From Phallusia mammillata (Eukaryota): a DNA stretch of 64,000 bases. Shown one piece after another: positions 24,401 through 39,400 of the stretch. The position numbers and the translations under genes are program-made. The stretch lies in NCBI GenBank assembly GCA_965637545.1, contig OZ281497.1, forward strand, positions 15,190,001 to 15,254,000, in the 5' to 3' direction. Position 1 is the first letter of the stretch. The number at the start of each line of letters is the position of its first letter. The notes under the pieces are model-generated. The model was not told the origin of the DNA and made no database searches. It saw only the letters and a program-made list of their open reading frames with translations.

Positions 24401-27400
24401 CTTCGTCTTATAAGCAGTGCGGATGTAAGTTGTTGATTATGATTAGTTAGAAAAAAAACTTTAAGAATGAGAACAATTGGTTTGAATTAAATGTTACGTT
24501 TTAGATTTTGTTTAGAAGTTTTTCTATGTTCCAATCGTATGATGTAAAACAGTTTCGTCTAATGTAGTTTTTGGTATTCAATGTTTCAAAATGTATACAG
24601 TTGTTGTTCCCTCTAATTTTTAGGGATCGTAGCGGTCATAACCATCAAACGATAAATAAATAGTAACATTCAGTTTTGTAACAAAACTCGTTTTTCAGCG
24701 TGGTAGTTTTGATAACAGTAAACCTAAAAGCGTTACTTTGTAAGTGCGATTTCATATGTTACCATTTTGCCAGTTCTGTGTGCTGCTGGTCAAGCATCAT
24801 GGACAGGCATTGGACCATGTTACCCATGTCCAGTCAACACTTATCAACACTTAATCGGACAGACATTTTGCTTCGAATGCCCTAATACTACTTTGACAGC
24901 CGATAAAGGATCCACTGATGTCAGCCAATGTATAGGTAAGCTTTAGTTTTTTTTTCTTGTATGCGACTTTGATCTACTGCTGTTTAGCCTATGTTTCAAT
25001 GTTGCCTATTTACAAGCCGATTGGAATTTATTCGCTTTATTGGTTTCTTAATTTGATTTTCTTTGCACGATAACAAAACATCTGCCTATCTAGGAAATCG
25101 CGCGTTGCTAAAAAATATACTTGGGACTTCAAAACAGTTACAGGGTTAAAACAGTCCTCCAAGACAGTCTGCATACAACTTTGCATATAACATGAAACAT
25201 TTTATTCAAGATGAACTTGTATTAGTGCAGTAACTGTTGATTGAACACTTCTCAAAAAAGCATCACATTGTGCCCAAATCAAACATCTCGATGTCAGTTG
25301 AAACGTCATCGGTGGATGACTCTGCAACATCAACATAAAGTCGCTTGAGGTCTGATGCGTTGAACACCAGTCTCCGCACATCGTCACTTGACTCCGTTGG
25401 ATGAACTAGAATCGACGGAACAATTCCCGAATGTCCACCTTTGTTTTCTTCCGGTGCTCGACCGGAATACATGCGCCGTAAGGCTTGATATGTGCTTTCG
25501 ACCGTAGGCGAGCTCATGCTTCCGTATTCAATAGAAGAAACGCTTTCGGAACCTTGACTGGATTGGGATACTGAACGTGATTTGTTCTCGTGTGGGGCCC
25601 CTTGTTTTGTCCACTTTTCGTGGGGTTCGTCTTTGGCTTCCGTGACAGTTTCAGTAGACCCGATAGAAGAACGCCTGCTCGACAGCTGAGCCTTTTTGGT
25701 GCTTTCGCGTGTCACCGAGTTCTCCCACTCAGAATCCGAGAGCGACAAATCAAGGCGCGAGATTGGGAAATGCTTTTCTAAAGCATCGCTGTCGTTGAAG
25801 CGGTTTACTGACTTGTATATGTAACCGTCTGATCCATTAAGAACGGAATTACCAAGGCGGTTTGCATCAACTCCGGGCAGCGCATGCAAAACCGACCGAT
25901 TAAAAACTGGCATTGACCGTCTGAAATCGTTTCTTGTGGCGGCTCTTAGTCTATCTACAGGTTGCCTGTAGTGCACCTCACTGTAGTCATATCCAGTATG
26001 GGATGGATCTTTCTGGAAGCGTGTGTCAATACTTGATTCGTCCGAATTTGATAGCGACTCGCAATTAGTGTCACGTGACGCGTGCATCGAGTCAACCGAA
26101 TCCAATCGACGGTGCAACGCTGATTTAAACTGCCTTTCGGCTCTCGACTTATTGTCCCTATTTTCGTCCCGAGCCTTGTCACCGGTCGCACAGAGCGCGA
26201 GGACCGTGTAATCTTCCGATGACTGGCATGCTTCCTCACGGAGATCGCTACTAGAAGTTGGAGTTTCGAATGCAGCTTCGACTGGCGGTGGGGGCAGATC
26301 GAGATCGTATGATGCTTCTGATAGCGACAGTGTGTCGACTTGACTTTCTTCGCTACATGTGTGGGCACAGGGAGGAGGCGGTGGAAACTCGAAATCGATG
26401 TCGTCCAAGTTTGGTGAATGTTGTCTCATGCTGACTGACCGTCCGACCCGATTTCCCCTATGTTCAACTTCCCTGCGCTCTGCATTGATTTCTGCCAACT
26501 GTGCCTTTCTAGAATTGTAGAAGTGTTCGACAGGTCGTTCTCCAGTTCGTCGCGCCGAAGCGCCTCTGCGCACCTTGCGTGGCGCCACTGATCCCAAAAC
26601 GCATGTGTCATCAAAGTTTCTGCCTTGAAAGATTTGGGACTTGGTCGCTTCCGGGGCTGTGCGTGATTTTTCTTTAAATATTGGTTTATTGTGATATTTC
26701 TGGTGTTTGCTGCGATGTTCTCCGTTTGACCGGGACGTTTCTATCTCTCGAAGAATTCCAAGAGCTTGATTCACGTCCCGATCACGCTTGGAGCGGCGCG
26801 ATGACCTGCCAAGTCGATTTGATGCGTGGCGACTGACGGGTGCTGACACACTTTCTTCATTCATTCGTCTCCGGTGATGGTAGCGAACCGGGGTGATTTC
26901 CTCATCTTGGAGTGCTCTCTCTCTGCGCTCATCAATTTGCAACGACCGTCTGTTGTTTATCCGCGGAGAGTAATCATGATGTGATGCATCAGTGCGAACG
27001 TCCATGAAACTTGATGCCCCCCTCACGTACAGAATCTGTCTTTGACGGTCTGATGAGACAAGGTCCATCATCGAACCACCTTGACGCGGCTGATCGCTGC
27101 ACGCGCTTTCGGGTGTTCCATTATTCCAGGACTTTTCAACTGGATCGCGAGGTGGCACAACTGGTGGTGGACAACTCGAACTGAGTCGGGATATAAAGCG
27201 ACCAGGAATAAGCGAGCGTTGACGCGGGGGTACGGACGGAGTTGCCTCACCGATGCCGAAAGATCCACCGCACGTCCATCTAATGTCAACACCTTTGTCT
27301 GCTGTCGAAGAAACGCTTGGACGGAGCTCTCTGCTCGTTGGAAGAGGTTGCCGAGGCAGTGGGCGACGAGCAAGCGGATTATCGTATAGTAGAGGATAGT

Positions 27401-30400
27401 TGCTGAAAGATCTGCGAGAGTGTTAAGTTGGGTTACTCAAACAAAGTGAAACTGTGCCTAGGGAAACTGCAGCCTTTAAAGTTTTGAAGATGTAAAATAT
27501 GTAACAGACTAGTATGTGTAACATTCTTTAAAGGGTTACACTATGAAGATGGTAAGGTTGTACCTTATAGACTCGGACGTACACTGACGTGTTTCTTCTT
27601 TGTCTGCACAGCATCTGTGTGAATAACAATTCGAATGTGGTTAACCAACATTTAACATTAATCACATAGGGATACTAAAACGTTTATCATCATGAAATGT
27701 GGATTATCACACGATCGAAACTTTTTCTTACCCGCATCGAGTTCCATCTGAGTTGAACTGCCGATTTAGTCCCACGGCTCCACAAACTACGATTGCGAAT
27801 ACACTAGCGAATATGGCCACAACCAGTAGCCAGGAGATCACCTCGTCCTGTGGTATCGGAGGCTCAAGTGATCCGTCGTTGTCTCGACTCGGAAAACCTG
27901 TTGCCAAAAACAAGGGGTTACCTAATGATTCTGAATGCAAAACTTCAACACGGGCGGCTGTACGTACCAGGTCGGGAGCGTTCTGTGCTGTTTTTGTCCG
28001 TCAGTCTGAACAACAAGAGGTTAAATATAGATTAGTCAGAGCAATTACCTGTGCAGTGCGATATTGCAAGTTTTTGCGTGCAAATGACCCACCCGATGCC
28101 AACCGTATTCGGCGGCAGTCGGACGTTGATCATGGCTGGCAAGCAGCGAATCGCAAGGTCGACAGCCGGAAGAAAAACTCACCTAAGGCCATCAGTCCCC
28201 TTTTCCAACTCGTTCTCTGCCAGTTCTGACTTGCCATTCTGATTGGACGTGGTGTTCACGTGGGTGGTGACGTATGGTCGCTTTGTCGAGTCGGCATCAG
28301 GAAATGAAGCAGTGTTGCGGCTCCACAATGCCGGCTGGAAAAGCAATTGGGCCTTACTGGATAAGCCCACCCTTGATGCCGGGGTCGTTTCGAGGTCAAT
28401 AAGAGCTTGTGTTGAAAACGTTGCCACCTGACTGGAATTCACTGTTGTTGTGATTGGCAGGGTATGATGTCCATTTATCTGATAAACCAACAAATATTTT
28501 TTGTAAAACTAACATATGCGTTAACGATCAAGGAAAGCGAAGACAAACTTGTCCCTGAACGAAAAAGCGCAAGGTGTGGAGCAAATTTTAGTTTCAGATG
28601 TCAAAAACATATTTTTATTTCTGTAGGTGTTTATCATTTTCAACCAGAATATTAATTATTACAAAATCGAAAATTCCTGTTTATACCGTTTTGGTTTTTA
28701 TTCTATTTTTCCACTTTTCGCGATGACCATGTTGCAAGTCGGGATAAAACGAATAGTTTGTGAAAGGCTCTAGTTCATCGACGTCAAGTTGCTCTATAGA
28801 AACACGTCGAAATCGGAGCGGATACCAACACCGAATCTGGTCGTGCGCCACCGCATTGTTGCCATGGTCACGACGCAAGCGATCTAATGCCCACTTGAGA
28901 TAACAATCGCACCTAAAATATAAGATTGTAACATGCAATTAGGTTAAATTCGTGAGTTCTAGAGACGTTTTTCGTGGACACGTTTTAATGGCTCTATTGA
29001 AAAGTCTGGAACCCGCACATTACTTAATCCTATTCCTTTGCGCAACGCTTATTCTGTGTGGAATTAAACGAAAGTTAAATCGTTTCAACTACTTATCGGT
29101 AACAAAAAAAAAATTGAACAGCAGCGTACATTCATTTCAGTGGGTGGTAATTGTTAGCAATTACAGTAATAAAACAAATATAACACACCTCCAACGGTTT
29201 TTATCCAATGAAACTGATTCGAGTTTGATTAGTGTTTTAAAACTGCTGTAGGTCAAGCGCGAAAGATCGTTGTTGGAAAGATTCACATATCGTAGTTCTT
29301 GCAAGGACATGAGACACCCTCGCCTTGGCGCCCTTTCGTTTGGATTGTTCCTTAGCTGCGTCAAACAAAGAACTTGCATTGCAACCGGTGAACACTAACA
29401 ATTTGTTTACAAATTTAATAGCAATGTTGGGTCAACAAGCGTTTCAGTCTACTTAGAAGTGCTTTTTGTCAGGACATTGAAAAGATAAATGGTAAAAGTT
29501 TAAGGAAGTTGTGAAGTAGAAAATCATGGTTTGTAAAGATAATATAAACTGTGTGTTGTATATTATGAATCACGAGTCACTAGAGACTCAGTCCGACAGA
29601 TAATTGTAACTTAAATGTTGTGTTAGACCAGGTACTTTAAATTGTGTATCACAGAATGGCCAAACATTCACAGACTATGTTCTTTGCAGCTGTCAAAAGT
29701 TGTTCATTCCTTATTAAGTCGGTAGTTAAATGCATAGAACAGTAAATCGATTCTAGAAAGTTACAAAGTTGCAGCTTATTGTCGTCGTACGTACTTCGAA
29801 ACAAGTGGCGTCGGGCGGGCGAATGTGAGTATCGAGGACGTCGATGTGGTTTCCTTGCAATTCCAGTCGACGTAACTTGCCCAAGCCTCGAGTGGTTGCG
29901 GAAGTAATTCGTTGAAGTCTGGAAACTTACAAGCTTAGTTCGGATGCAAATGCGGGAAGCGATACGATCGGAAATTGTCCACTATGCGTAATCCCTTGAA
30001 TTTGGCCAAACACATTTCACAAACATCAAACCAATTGCAAGAGTCGCTTCTATGGAATCAATGCTGTCATATGCATCAGCTCACATTAATTGTCAGTTAC
30101 ACTTTTAAGATTAAAATGTTGAATTCCACTTTACTTTATTTAATTTTATCTTCTGATAAACATACTGGCTATATGTAAAGCCCTAGAAGCACACTTTATT
30201 AGTGTAACGCTTTTGATAATTACTCATGCATTCATCGTCAGTGAATAATGGGGTTAGACATATATATGAGTTAATAGGGTAACTGAAAACGTACGAAATT
30301 TTATTTCTACAAAAAGGTATTTGAGACATTTACATTTGTAAGCCTAAAAATCACTTAAAATGTAAAAAAACTCCTTTACCTGTTGCTACTTAGATCAAGG

Positions 30401-33400
30401 TGTGTTAATTTGTTGAGTTGTCTGAATATTCCACCAGGAATATTCCGTAAATTGTTTTGCTTTAACTTGAGGATGCTAAGGCTGGTCAGTGAGGAAAATG
30501 TGGTCGCGTGCAAGTTGTAGATTTGGTTGTGGGATAAGTGCAGTTCGCTCAGACAAGTCAAACCGGCGAATGCATCAAAAGATATTGCTGCAATACACCG
30601 TGGTTTTAAATTACTTCAAAGTTTAAATGTTTGGATTAGGTTTCAGGCTTAAGTTTGCTTTTTACGTGTATGCGAAATTTGATGTATGACAAACGAAGCG
30701 AATTGCATAAGCATAAGAGAGAAACAGTAACTTATTGAAAAAAAAAATTTTTTTTATAGTTGTTTTAGCGTTGTTTGTGCTTTCATGACTTAATACCGAT
30801 AAAGTCATTTCGTTTACAGTCAAACACTTTAAATAATTTGCGTTTTGTTTGCTTGCATGATGTTTTAAATAGAATAGATTGATAAAGGGTTGTTTTCTAT
30901 TAATCAACAAAAAATTTACTCACTCTTGATTAAGTTGTGGGTCAAGTTGAGGAAAGTAAGTTGTTTGAGTGAAGCGAACACTCGGTCAGAAATAATCGTT
31001 AATTTGTTGCCTCCAAGGTCAAGATACTGGAGTCTTTGCACAAAGTGGAATGTGTCCAATGAAACCGAGTCGATCCTGTTATCCTGAAGTTGTATCGAGA
31101 TCAGTTGACTGTTGTTTGCCAAAGCATCAGCTGGAATCTAACAATAAAAATGCATTTAATACCATTTTTACACTTTTTTTGTGACCCAGTCAGTTGAAAA
31201 TAAAACGTTAATTACGCGAAAAACTTTGTTTACATCATGCAAACCTCAATATTCTTTTAATGTAATGTTAGTTTACTCCCGGTCAAAACGAGCTATGGGA
31301 AGCAAAGCTGCGACAGCAACGCACACCTTGATGGATTACATTATATTTTTAACACACGTGATTCAACTAAGAACGAATAATCTTGTATTTATGACAGCTT
31401 TTACCTTTTGTATGTTGTTTCCATTGAGAAGGAGGACAAGCGTTGTTTGTGGAAGGGGCAATGGGAACTGATCTACTGACTTGCAATGTACTGTGCTGCT
31501 GCTACAGATACATGATGCTGGACAAGACTCTCCCGTCAGTATAAACTGTAGAAGGGATAACAGGACTATCTTCAACATTGTAATGTCCAGTATGTTTCCT
31601 TGTGTCTTCCGTGTCAATGTACTGATCAAAGACTCTCAGTTTCAGCCATTTCCAGTTCGCAAATTATCACGTCCGCACTGCTGTTGAGGGAACTTGACCG
31701 CCAGTAATCTGTCATAATCTAAAATATCAAGCCAAGAGCAAGACTGACGTTTCTTGCCGCCCAGGCCTTTTTCAGTGTAATGTCGTTTCCGCCCGAACGC
31801 CAGGACTTAGTCTGTCGAGGGCGGTGATTACTTCCGCTTGAAGCCGCTCCTGCGCTCGGCTGTGAGAAACAAAAACCGCGCAGCTTTGCGCAACGTGGGA
31901 AAGTGCCGGGGCAATTGCATGCCCGCCCGTTTGTAATGTTAATAACTCCGCGCGTGGAGCAATACAAGAAAGGCCGGTGTAGTTTTGTTGTGCTTGGTGG
32001 TTTGACGCGGCAAAGAATGGTGGTCGATTTCCTTTTTGCGATGCAACTTGCGACTTGGCGTCATTCAGAAAAGGCCGACGCGATGTTGACATTTACGTAA
32101 CAGATGATTGCGCCATGTCGCTCGAAGTTCAAGCGTCTGCGCTTGTTGATTCAGGAACGTTCAAATAATTTTTGTGGTTTCATTTCCATATCTAAACTTA
32201 TCGCGACATTTCTACATAAGACACATAGACTTGCACATTTTGCTCATCTATGAATATCAAAAACATATTACATAACCATTATTACCAATTTGTTGTAATC
32301 GCAGGTTCCGGTGCAATATTAGACGATGTTCTTTCGCTTGAACGGCTCAGACCCTTCAGCAGTTGCTTTATGGGTCAGTAATGCATTGTCCTTATCTAAA
32401 GCTTCTTTTTTAATACTTCAACTTTACTTTCCATCTTTAGATCCGTGTCAGAATGCAGCCACCTGTGAACCAAGCTCGGCTGGTTACATTTGTTTGTGTC
32501 TGCCGGGTTTTGACGGTAAGCCATTTGCACTTTATTTGTCATGTACATTTAAGGCTTGTTTCGTTTGATATTTTCCAGGAGTCGATTGCGAGATCAATGT
32601 GAACGAATGTGGAAGCGATCCTTGCCAAAACGGAGGCACTTGCAATGACATGATTAACGGATACAAGTAATCTCAAACATTTAAAATCTCATACAATTTT
32701 GTAAATTTGTGTAAATAAATTTACTTTAAATGTGACGTAGCTTGTATGTTTGGCATAAAATGGAGAGATTTACTTGTTGCCATAGTAACTGTGATTTACT
32801 TCTCGTTTCAGCTGTTCTTGTGTTGAGGGATACGAAGGTGACAATTGTGAAACCGAAACGAATGAATGCGAATCCGATCCTTGCCTAAACGGAGCTACTT
32901 GCGTAGATCAACTTGCCTTGTATTCTTGTTTGTGCGCGCCTGGATTCACAGGTAACAACCAACAATTTCCAAAAGCTAGACATGGTGAAAACGTTTGTTT
33001 GTGCTTGGGTCAGTGTCACATTATTATTTTCAATGCAACCTGGCATACTGAGATGACACAAAACCGTTTAATGTAAACAGTTTGCAAACTTTTGCATTAT
33101 GTGCCGCCAATGGACACAAAAATGATTATTGACACAACATCGGCATCCAAATTTAAATGACAAACAAAATTCTAGGAAAAATGAATGGAAGATATTGATC
33201 ATATTTGATTTAAAATACATTTTTATGTTTTAGTTCTTAGTGCATTATTTAGTTGTACGTTATACCTATTGTAGAAAAAATATTTTTTCCGCTTAATAAC
33301 CAGCAACATGCTTGCGTAGAAAAAAAAACGAATTTAAGTCATTCTTTTGATTATTGTTGTAGTAGGCGAAATGCTTGACGGCACCTGCAAAATGCTAACA

Positions 33401-36400
33401 ATTTGAGTCCCAAGCAAATTGTAAACTTAAAACATGCAAGTTATTACCATTTTAGGAATCCACTGCGAGGTCAACATTGACGATTGTACTCCAATGCCTT
33501 GTGAGAATGCGATACAGTGTGTGGACGGCGTGGATACTTTTACATGTGAATGTGAATCGGGCTTCACTGGAGTCGTGTGTGATATTGACATAGATGAATG
33601 TGCGTCAGATCCATGTATTAATGGTGGAACGTGCAGCGATCGAGTAAACGGTTTCACGTAAGTTCGTGTTTATGAATATTGTACAAAATATCACAACAGT
33701 TACCTCAATGAATTTAGATGAGGTGTGAGAATGGTTTGTTCGTTAAGATTAATTTTCCTTTGTTAAAACTATCATTGTTCGTCGTTAACCCCATTCTCGT
33801 ATACTTGTGCTCAACCAAGTAACGTTTTACTTTGTTCCCGAAGATCTCTTCTGTTGTCTTTCCATTACATTGTTTTTGGTTATTTTAACACTAAGTAATT
33901 TTAACTCTATGGTAACGACAGAGTAATATTTTAACACCATCAATGAATCTGTTCATAAATGTAAAATGTAACATGTTTTGTTCTCAAGCGTTTCAGCGAA
34001 TGTTCATCCGATTGCCAGTAATATATGTCACTCCTGGTTTGAAAGCAAATCGCTTTTTGCGCCTATTTTGCCTATTATTTTTTATGGCTGTAAGGCTATA
34101 AGTTTTGTAGTAATAAATTCTCCAAATATTTGTTTTTCCAAGATGTGAGTGTCCGATTGGTTTTACGGGAGAGTTGTGTCAGATCAACATCGATGACTGT
34201 GTCGGACAAACTTGTAACAATGGTGGCTCTTGCGTTGATTTGGTAAATGGATACCGTTGCTTCTGCGCCCCTACATTTGCTGGAACTCATTGCGATGATG
34301 GTGTGTTCTTCTTGTTTCCAATGCCATGTAAAAAAAAACATGAAACAAAAGTTAGGAAAAAAAACATTTTTACAGGTTGACAAAACGTGACCGTTTGGTC
34401 TAGTTTGATTTTTTTTTAAAAACATTACATTTTTCACCCTTTACCAGAATACAACTAAACCTTAGGTATGACTGTGGAATACATAAAACATTATTCTTTT
34501 TAACAGAGGTTGAACCGGATTTCGATTTGCACTTTAACAAACCACACGTGTATCACCACGTCCACTTTAAGGAGGGCTTCCGAAACATGACCGAAATCAC
34601 CGTTTCATTTTTTATGTTTTCAAATAACACTGAAAGTGAAGGGACCCCTTTCTCGTACGGTGTCGGCAAAGGTCGACTTGCTGATGCTTTTACTCTGACC
34701 AACATTGAAGCTCTAACCTTGTAAGTTTCTCTGCGATGTTCATAAAATGTGCAAGGGTATTCCTGCAAGCTTGATTTAGCTGCATCTACACAGGAGAATG
34801 GTGTCTACAAATTAATGTATTTTTAAACAGACTGCACCCCACAAAATTCCCAACGACGACGAATTTGAAGCCAATTTATTTAAACTTGTGTTAATGTTGT
34901 ATCAGTTAAAGCACATGCTTTTTACAAATGTGTGTGTACATGTAAATGTTAAAAGGGCTGCACGAAGATGGATTTTCAAGTGCTAGCTTCTTTCAAGTCG
35001 AAAAATGTACACACGTTATTTGTAGACCTGAATATCAGACAATAAGTTTTGACTTGCCATCCATGCACATCTGTGCCAATAGCTTGAAGTTGCAGTTAAA
35101 TTTAATGCGATTTTAACATTCAGATATGTGAATGGTGAAGCTGTCGTGACAGACGTGCAAAAACTGAACGACGGTCAGTGGTATCACGTGGTTGTCACGT
35201 GGAAAAGCGAGGATGGATCGTGGAACATCTTCATCAACAGAGTGAAGACGGCGAGCGGAATTGGTTTGCAAACTGGGACAGTGATTCCTGGAGGAGGGAT
35301 TATGGTGATCGGACAAGAACAGGATTGTCTGGGAGGTTGCTTCTCATCATCACAAGAGTTTCTCGGTAACGCTTTTTAGGATTTTGATTTTGACGTTTTA
35401 CACTAGAGGTGCACAGCACGGGGGCCGTGGACTAAATTTGGACGTCAATTTGTTGACAAATGACTCGCGAAAAGTTTGTTTAGTTACTACTACGTCCTAA
35501 AAAATAAATGTTCTAAAAACACCGTTAATAACGTGGTGTTTCTTTTGTTACACCGTACTGAGTTCGTTCACGATTTTGGAACAATTAATAACTGTTTGGG
35601 TAATTAAAGGATATCATTTTGCTGACAACACTTAATTTACAAAAAACGTGGTTCTAATGTGACTTGAGTATTATTAGTAATCACATTTAAAGGTCTTTTG
35701 ACAACAAGTTTTGTGTTTATACGACGGTTTTACACAGTAACCTAATAAACAAACTATGTAAGATTATTCCAACAATTTTAGAAATTGTTTAAAAAAACTC
35801 ATATTTTTTTGCAGGCATCATCTCTCAGTTCAACGTTTACGATTACAGATTGACGGATCAGCAAGTAACCAGCCTTTACCTTAATTGTGTAAGAAACAAA
35901 GGAAATGTACGAGCTTGGCCCGACGCACTAGGTGGCATTGTTGGGCAGCTTGATATCGTTAGACCACCTTCGTTTTGCCAACCGTGTCCTGATATTCCAT
36001 CAGTCAACAACATGAAAGTCAGGAAACCAGTAAGTAAACAAAATTTCTTACAATAACAGAGGCACTTGTTGAAACAGGTGGTGTTTTAAATACTTACACA
36101 AAATTATATTGTTTTTGCAACATTGTACATTGTAACCACGGGGCCTGCTGTAAAGTAAGTGTTTTGCTAAAACCTAGTTTAATTGTAATGCCTTTTGATT
36201 TAATGTTTGCTTTAAGCTGACTATAAGTCCGCCGTCGTGCTGGCTTTTTAAATTTTAGTCCATTACAATTCTCTGCACCATCGCGCCAATCACTCGGTTA
36301 TCTAAATTATCTTATTGTATCGTTCAGCATTATGTATCAAGCTAAACTGTGTTTTAGTTTACGTTTTACGTATTCATTAGTACAAAGTAATGAAAACATC

Positions 36401-39400
36401 CTTTTTTGATACAAGTCAACAACACTCACCAATAACTTCGACATTTTAACCGATTTATGCTTGAAACAGGAGACGTACGTGAGTTACTTGCAATGTGATG
36501 TCGGTCACAATATGTACATGAGAGTGGGGATCGGAAGCCGACGAGTGCGAAACGGTTTAGTTGTTCGTTGTGGCAACGCGGGCAAATGGAAATATAAAGG
36601 AGTTGACCGTGAAAACCCGTCAAGGTTATTTTACTGCTCCCGCAAAAGCTGCAGACCATACACTGCCGTAAGTCTTGCGCTCACCAGTCCATCACATATT
36701 TGTCTAAAACTCCTAACTCTTCCCATGTGGCAATGCATATGTGTCTTAGCATGTAAAACGTCAAAAAAACGAAAGCTTAGTTTCACGTATAAAAGTTAAA
36801 TTTCACATTCTCTCGATAACATGAATATTTCTTTCAGCTAGTTACCTAGGATTGCGCATAATTTTATCAAAACAACAGTTTCAGTAAAGTAACCATCAGT
36901 GACAGGACATTTTAACAAGTTTTTTCCATCTCTGTTTTTTACATGCAACAACTATTGCATGCACTTGCAAATATATGTTTGAAAATGCCAAGAACTTTAC
37001 CGCGTAGATAAAACAATTGAAACATCATTCTCGCTTTTTAGCCCCTTCGTGGCAGTGTTGAAGCTACCGGTCGTCTTTACGAGGACACAGCAACATTTTC
37101 GTGCAATGAGGGTTATAAGATCGAAGGACTACAAGAAATATCTTGCCTCGCCAACCAGGTAATGGCTTGATTTCGTCTTTATGTTGCCTTTGCTATATGT
37201 TTGACTGTTATTTTCAGAAATGGTCGGGGCCTACTCCAAGTTGCGTTGATGTGAACGAGTGTGCGACGAGTCCCTGCCACAACATGGCTACATGTGTTAA
37301 CTCTGATGGAAGTTTCACTTGCACCTGTGATTATGGATATACGGGTATGAATATAGTGCGCCAAATACCCGAACTTTCTTGTCGATATCATAAATGTGCA
37401 TACATAGTTTTGCAAGATATATAGGTAATTAAGGGGCAATTGTTTTAAGTCATAGGCTACGTTTTCATTATCCCCATGCAAATAAACGGATTATGCAATT
37501 AAGCGGTATGTAATAAAATAAACTTTGTCTGTAGTTACGTTTTTCAAGTTTGTTATGCCAGCGCAAAAACAGTTAGTCTTTATGATAGTTATCCTGACCT
37601 GCGACCATTTTTGTAGATCAAAATTGAGAGCTCATTTGTGTGTTTAGTGTTAAAACAATCACTGTGATTGTTGCAGGCGATGGTTTTAATTGCATCAATA
37701 TCGATTGTGGCCGACCGAGTGCTCCTGTTAACGGAGAGGTCACTGTCGAAACGTTTTTCCTCGATGACGTCGTCTCATACCAATGTCACGTTGGTTACGA
37801 ACTCCATGGTCCAATCGAAAGAGCCTGTCAAGAAAATGGTGGTTACTTCACTCTATTAGTTGTGCACAAACCATACACAGCTGTTCGTACCAAACAAATC
37901 ATCAATATAGTTTTTGTTGACAGAAACAAATAATAAGAAATTTGTTGCCCATTATTATGTGATAGTTTGTGGTATAAAATTTCGTTTGTTCGTTAAGCAT
38001 TGGTACAGAATTGGTAAGTTGCCTTGACGGTATAGTGAGACCAGATAATAAAATGTGGACATTGTAATCTCTTATCATTCTTCTAACAGTGGTCAATTAT
38101 AACACTGGGCAACAAAAAAATATTTTTTTACTGGTGTCTGGAATGTTTTAACTGATTTTGACTAATTCTAGTGCTCTGATTTCAAAAATGCAATCAGTTT
38201 ATCTGTATCACGTCTAGTTTTCCTGTTATGGTACATCCACATTTGAAAAACAATCTATATGTATACATAAAAGTAAAACTGGTTTTGAGTATTTTATTTG
38301 GAATTAACGTTATTGCAAGAACAAAATTTCGAATTTAATTTTAAATGTAACAGGTGGACACTCCTAACAAACAAAATTCAAAACAAAAAAATGTTTCAAA
38401 TTTGTAAGTTATCAGGTATACCCCTACACATGTACTTTGGTAACTTTCGGAACTGAGTGGCAGCAATATCGTCCCGTTTAATTGACCAACAGCAGTTAGC
38501 CAGGACCACATTATTCCTTCTTCCCTGACACATTTTGTTTTACTGATATCCTGTTGGAACCTTTCAGCTTAATTCTGATCATTTATATCCCCTACGTTTT
38601 AAGGGAAGTGTAGCTTTATACTGATTTTCGTACCGAATTTTTCAGACCGCTTAATAACTTAGTTATGTACTCTTTCTAATAATTTCAGTCCCTTTCTGCT
38701 GTTTTTGTCCATTACTGCAATATTCCAGTCAACATTAGGTAAGTGTAGCCATTTGCTTGTCCTAAACCCCTAAGGCCACATCGAAGTGTGCAAGATATGC
38801 ACATTTGATACAGACCTTTTTTTCTTTTTAGTTGTGTTGTATGGGTTTACACCAGAAATGTAGCATAAAACATCTTGGTAATTCATACAACACCTTATAG
38901 ATGACCTAGCCACTATTAACTTTAGTTTTACCACCTTGCTTTACTAGCCTGAAAATCACTCCATAAAACATGTATAGTTTAAAGTTGCCGTTAGCCTGCA
39001 CCAACCATTTTTAGACAGAGCATAAGCATAGAACGCATATTCATGCTATAAAACTGACTGCACTGTAGGAAATTGATATGTATAATGTAACAAAACTTTA
39101 ACAAACACATAAAAGCATGAGTTTAAAGTCATTGAATCAATATGGTCATAAATTTTGATTTTGTAAATAACTTAAAAAGTTGATCTGATTGAAGAAAACC
39201 GTAATGATTTTTGAAATCAGCACCCCAAAATTAGTCAATATCAGTGTTAACATTAAAGACACCAAAAATTGTGTTGGCTTGATTATATAATCAAATTGTT
39301 ATAATGGTTTCCCCAATTTGTGACTGTAATATGTTGTTGAACAAGGATTTATAATTGTATAATGTTTCGGGTAGGCAAGTGCAAGCTAGTAACTTTCGGT

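Noticed and set aside
25263-27158. 631-aa ORF treated as a stand-alone intronless gene or retro-ORF
   Set aside because: It starts at GTG, stays open upstream to a splice acceptor at 27411 and joins in phase to the TM exon of the LRR gene.
27699-28229. 176-aa plus-strand ORF
   Set aside because: Antisense to the TM and stalk exons of the LRR gene, with no SVEP1-like content.
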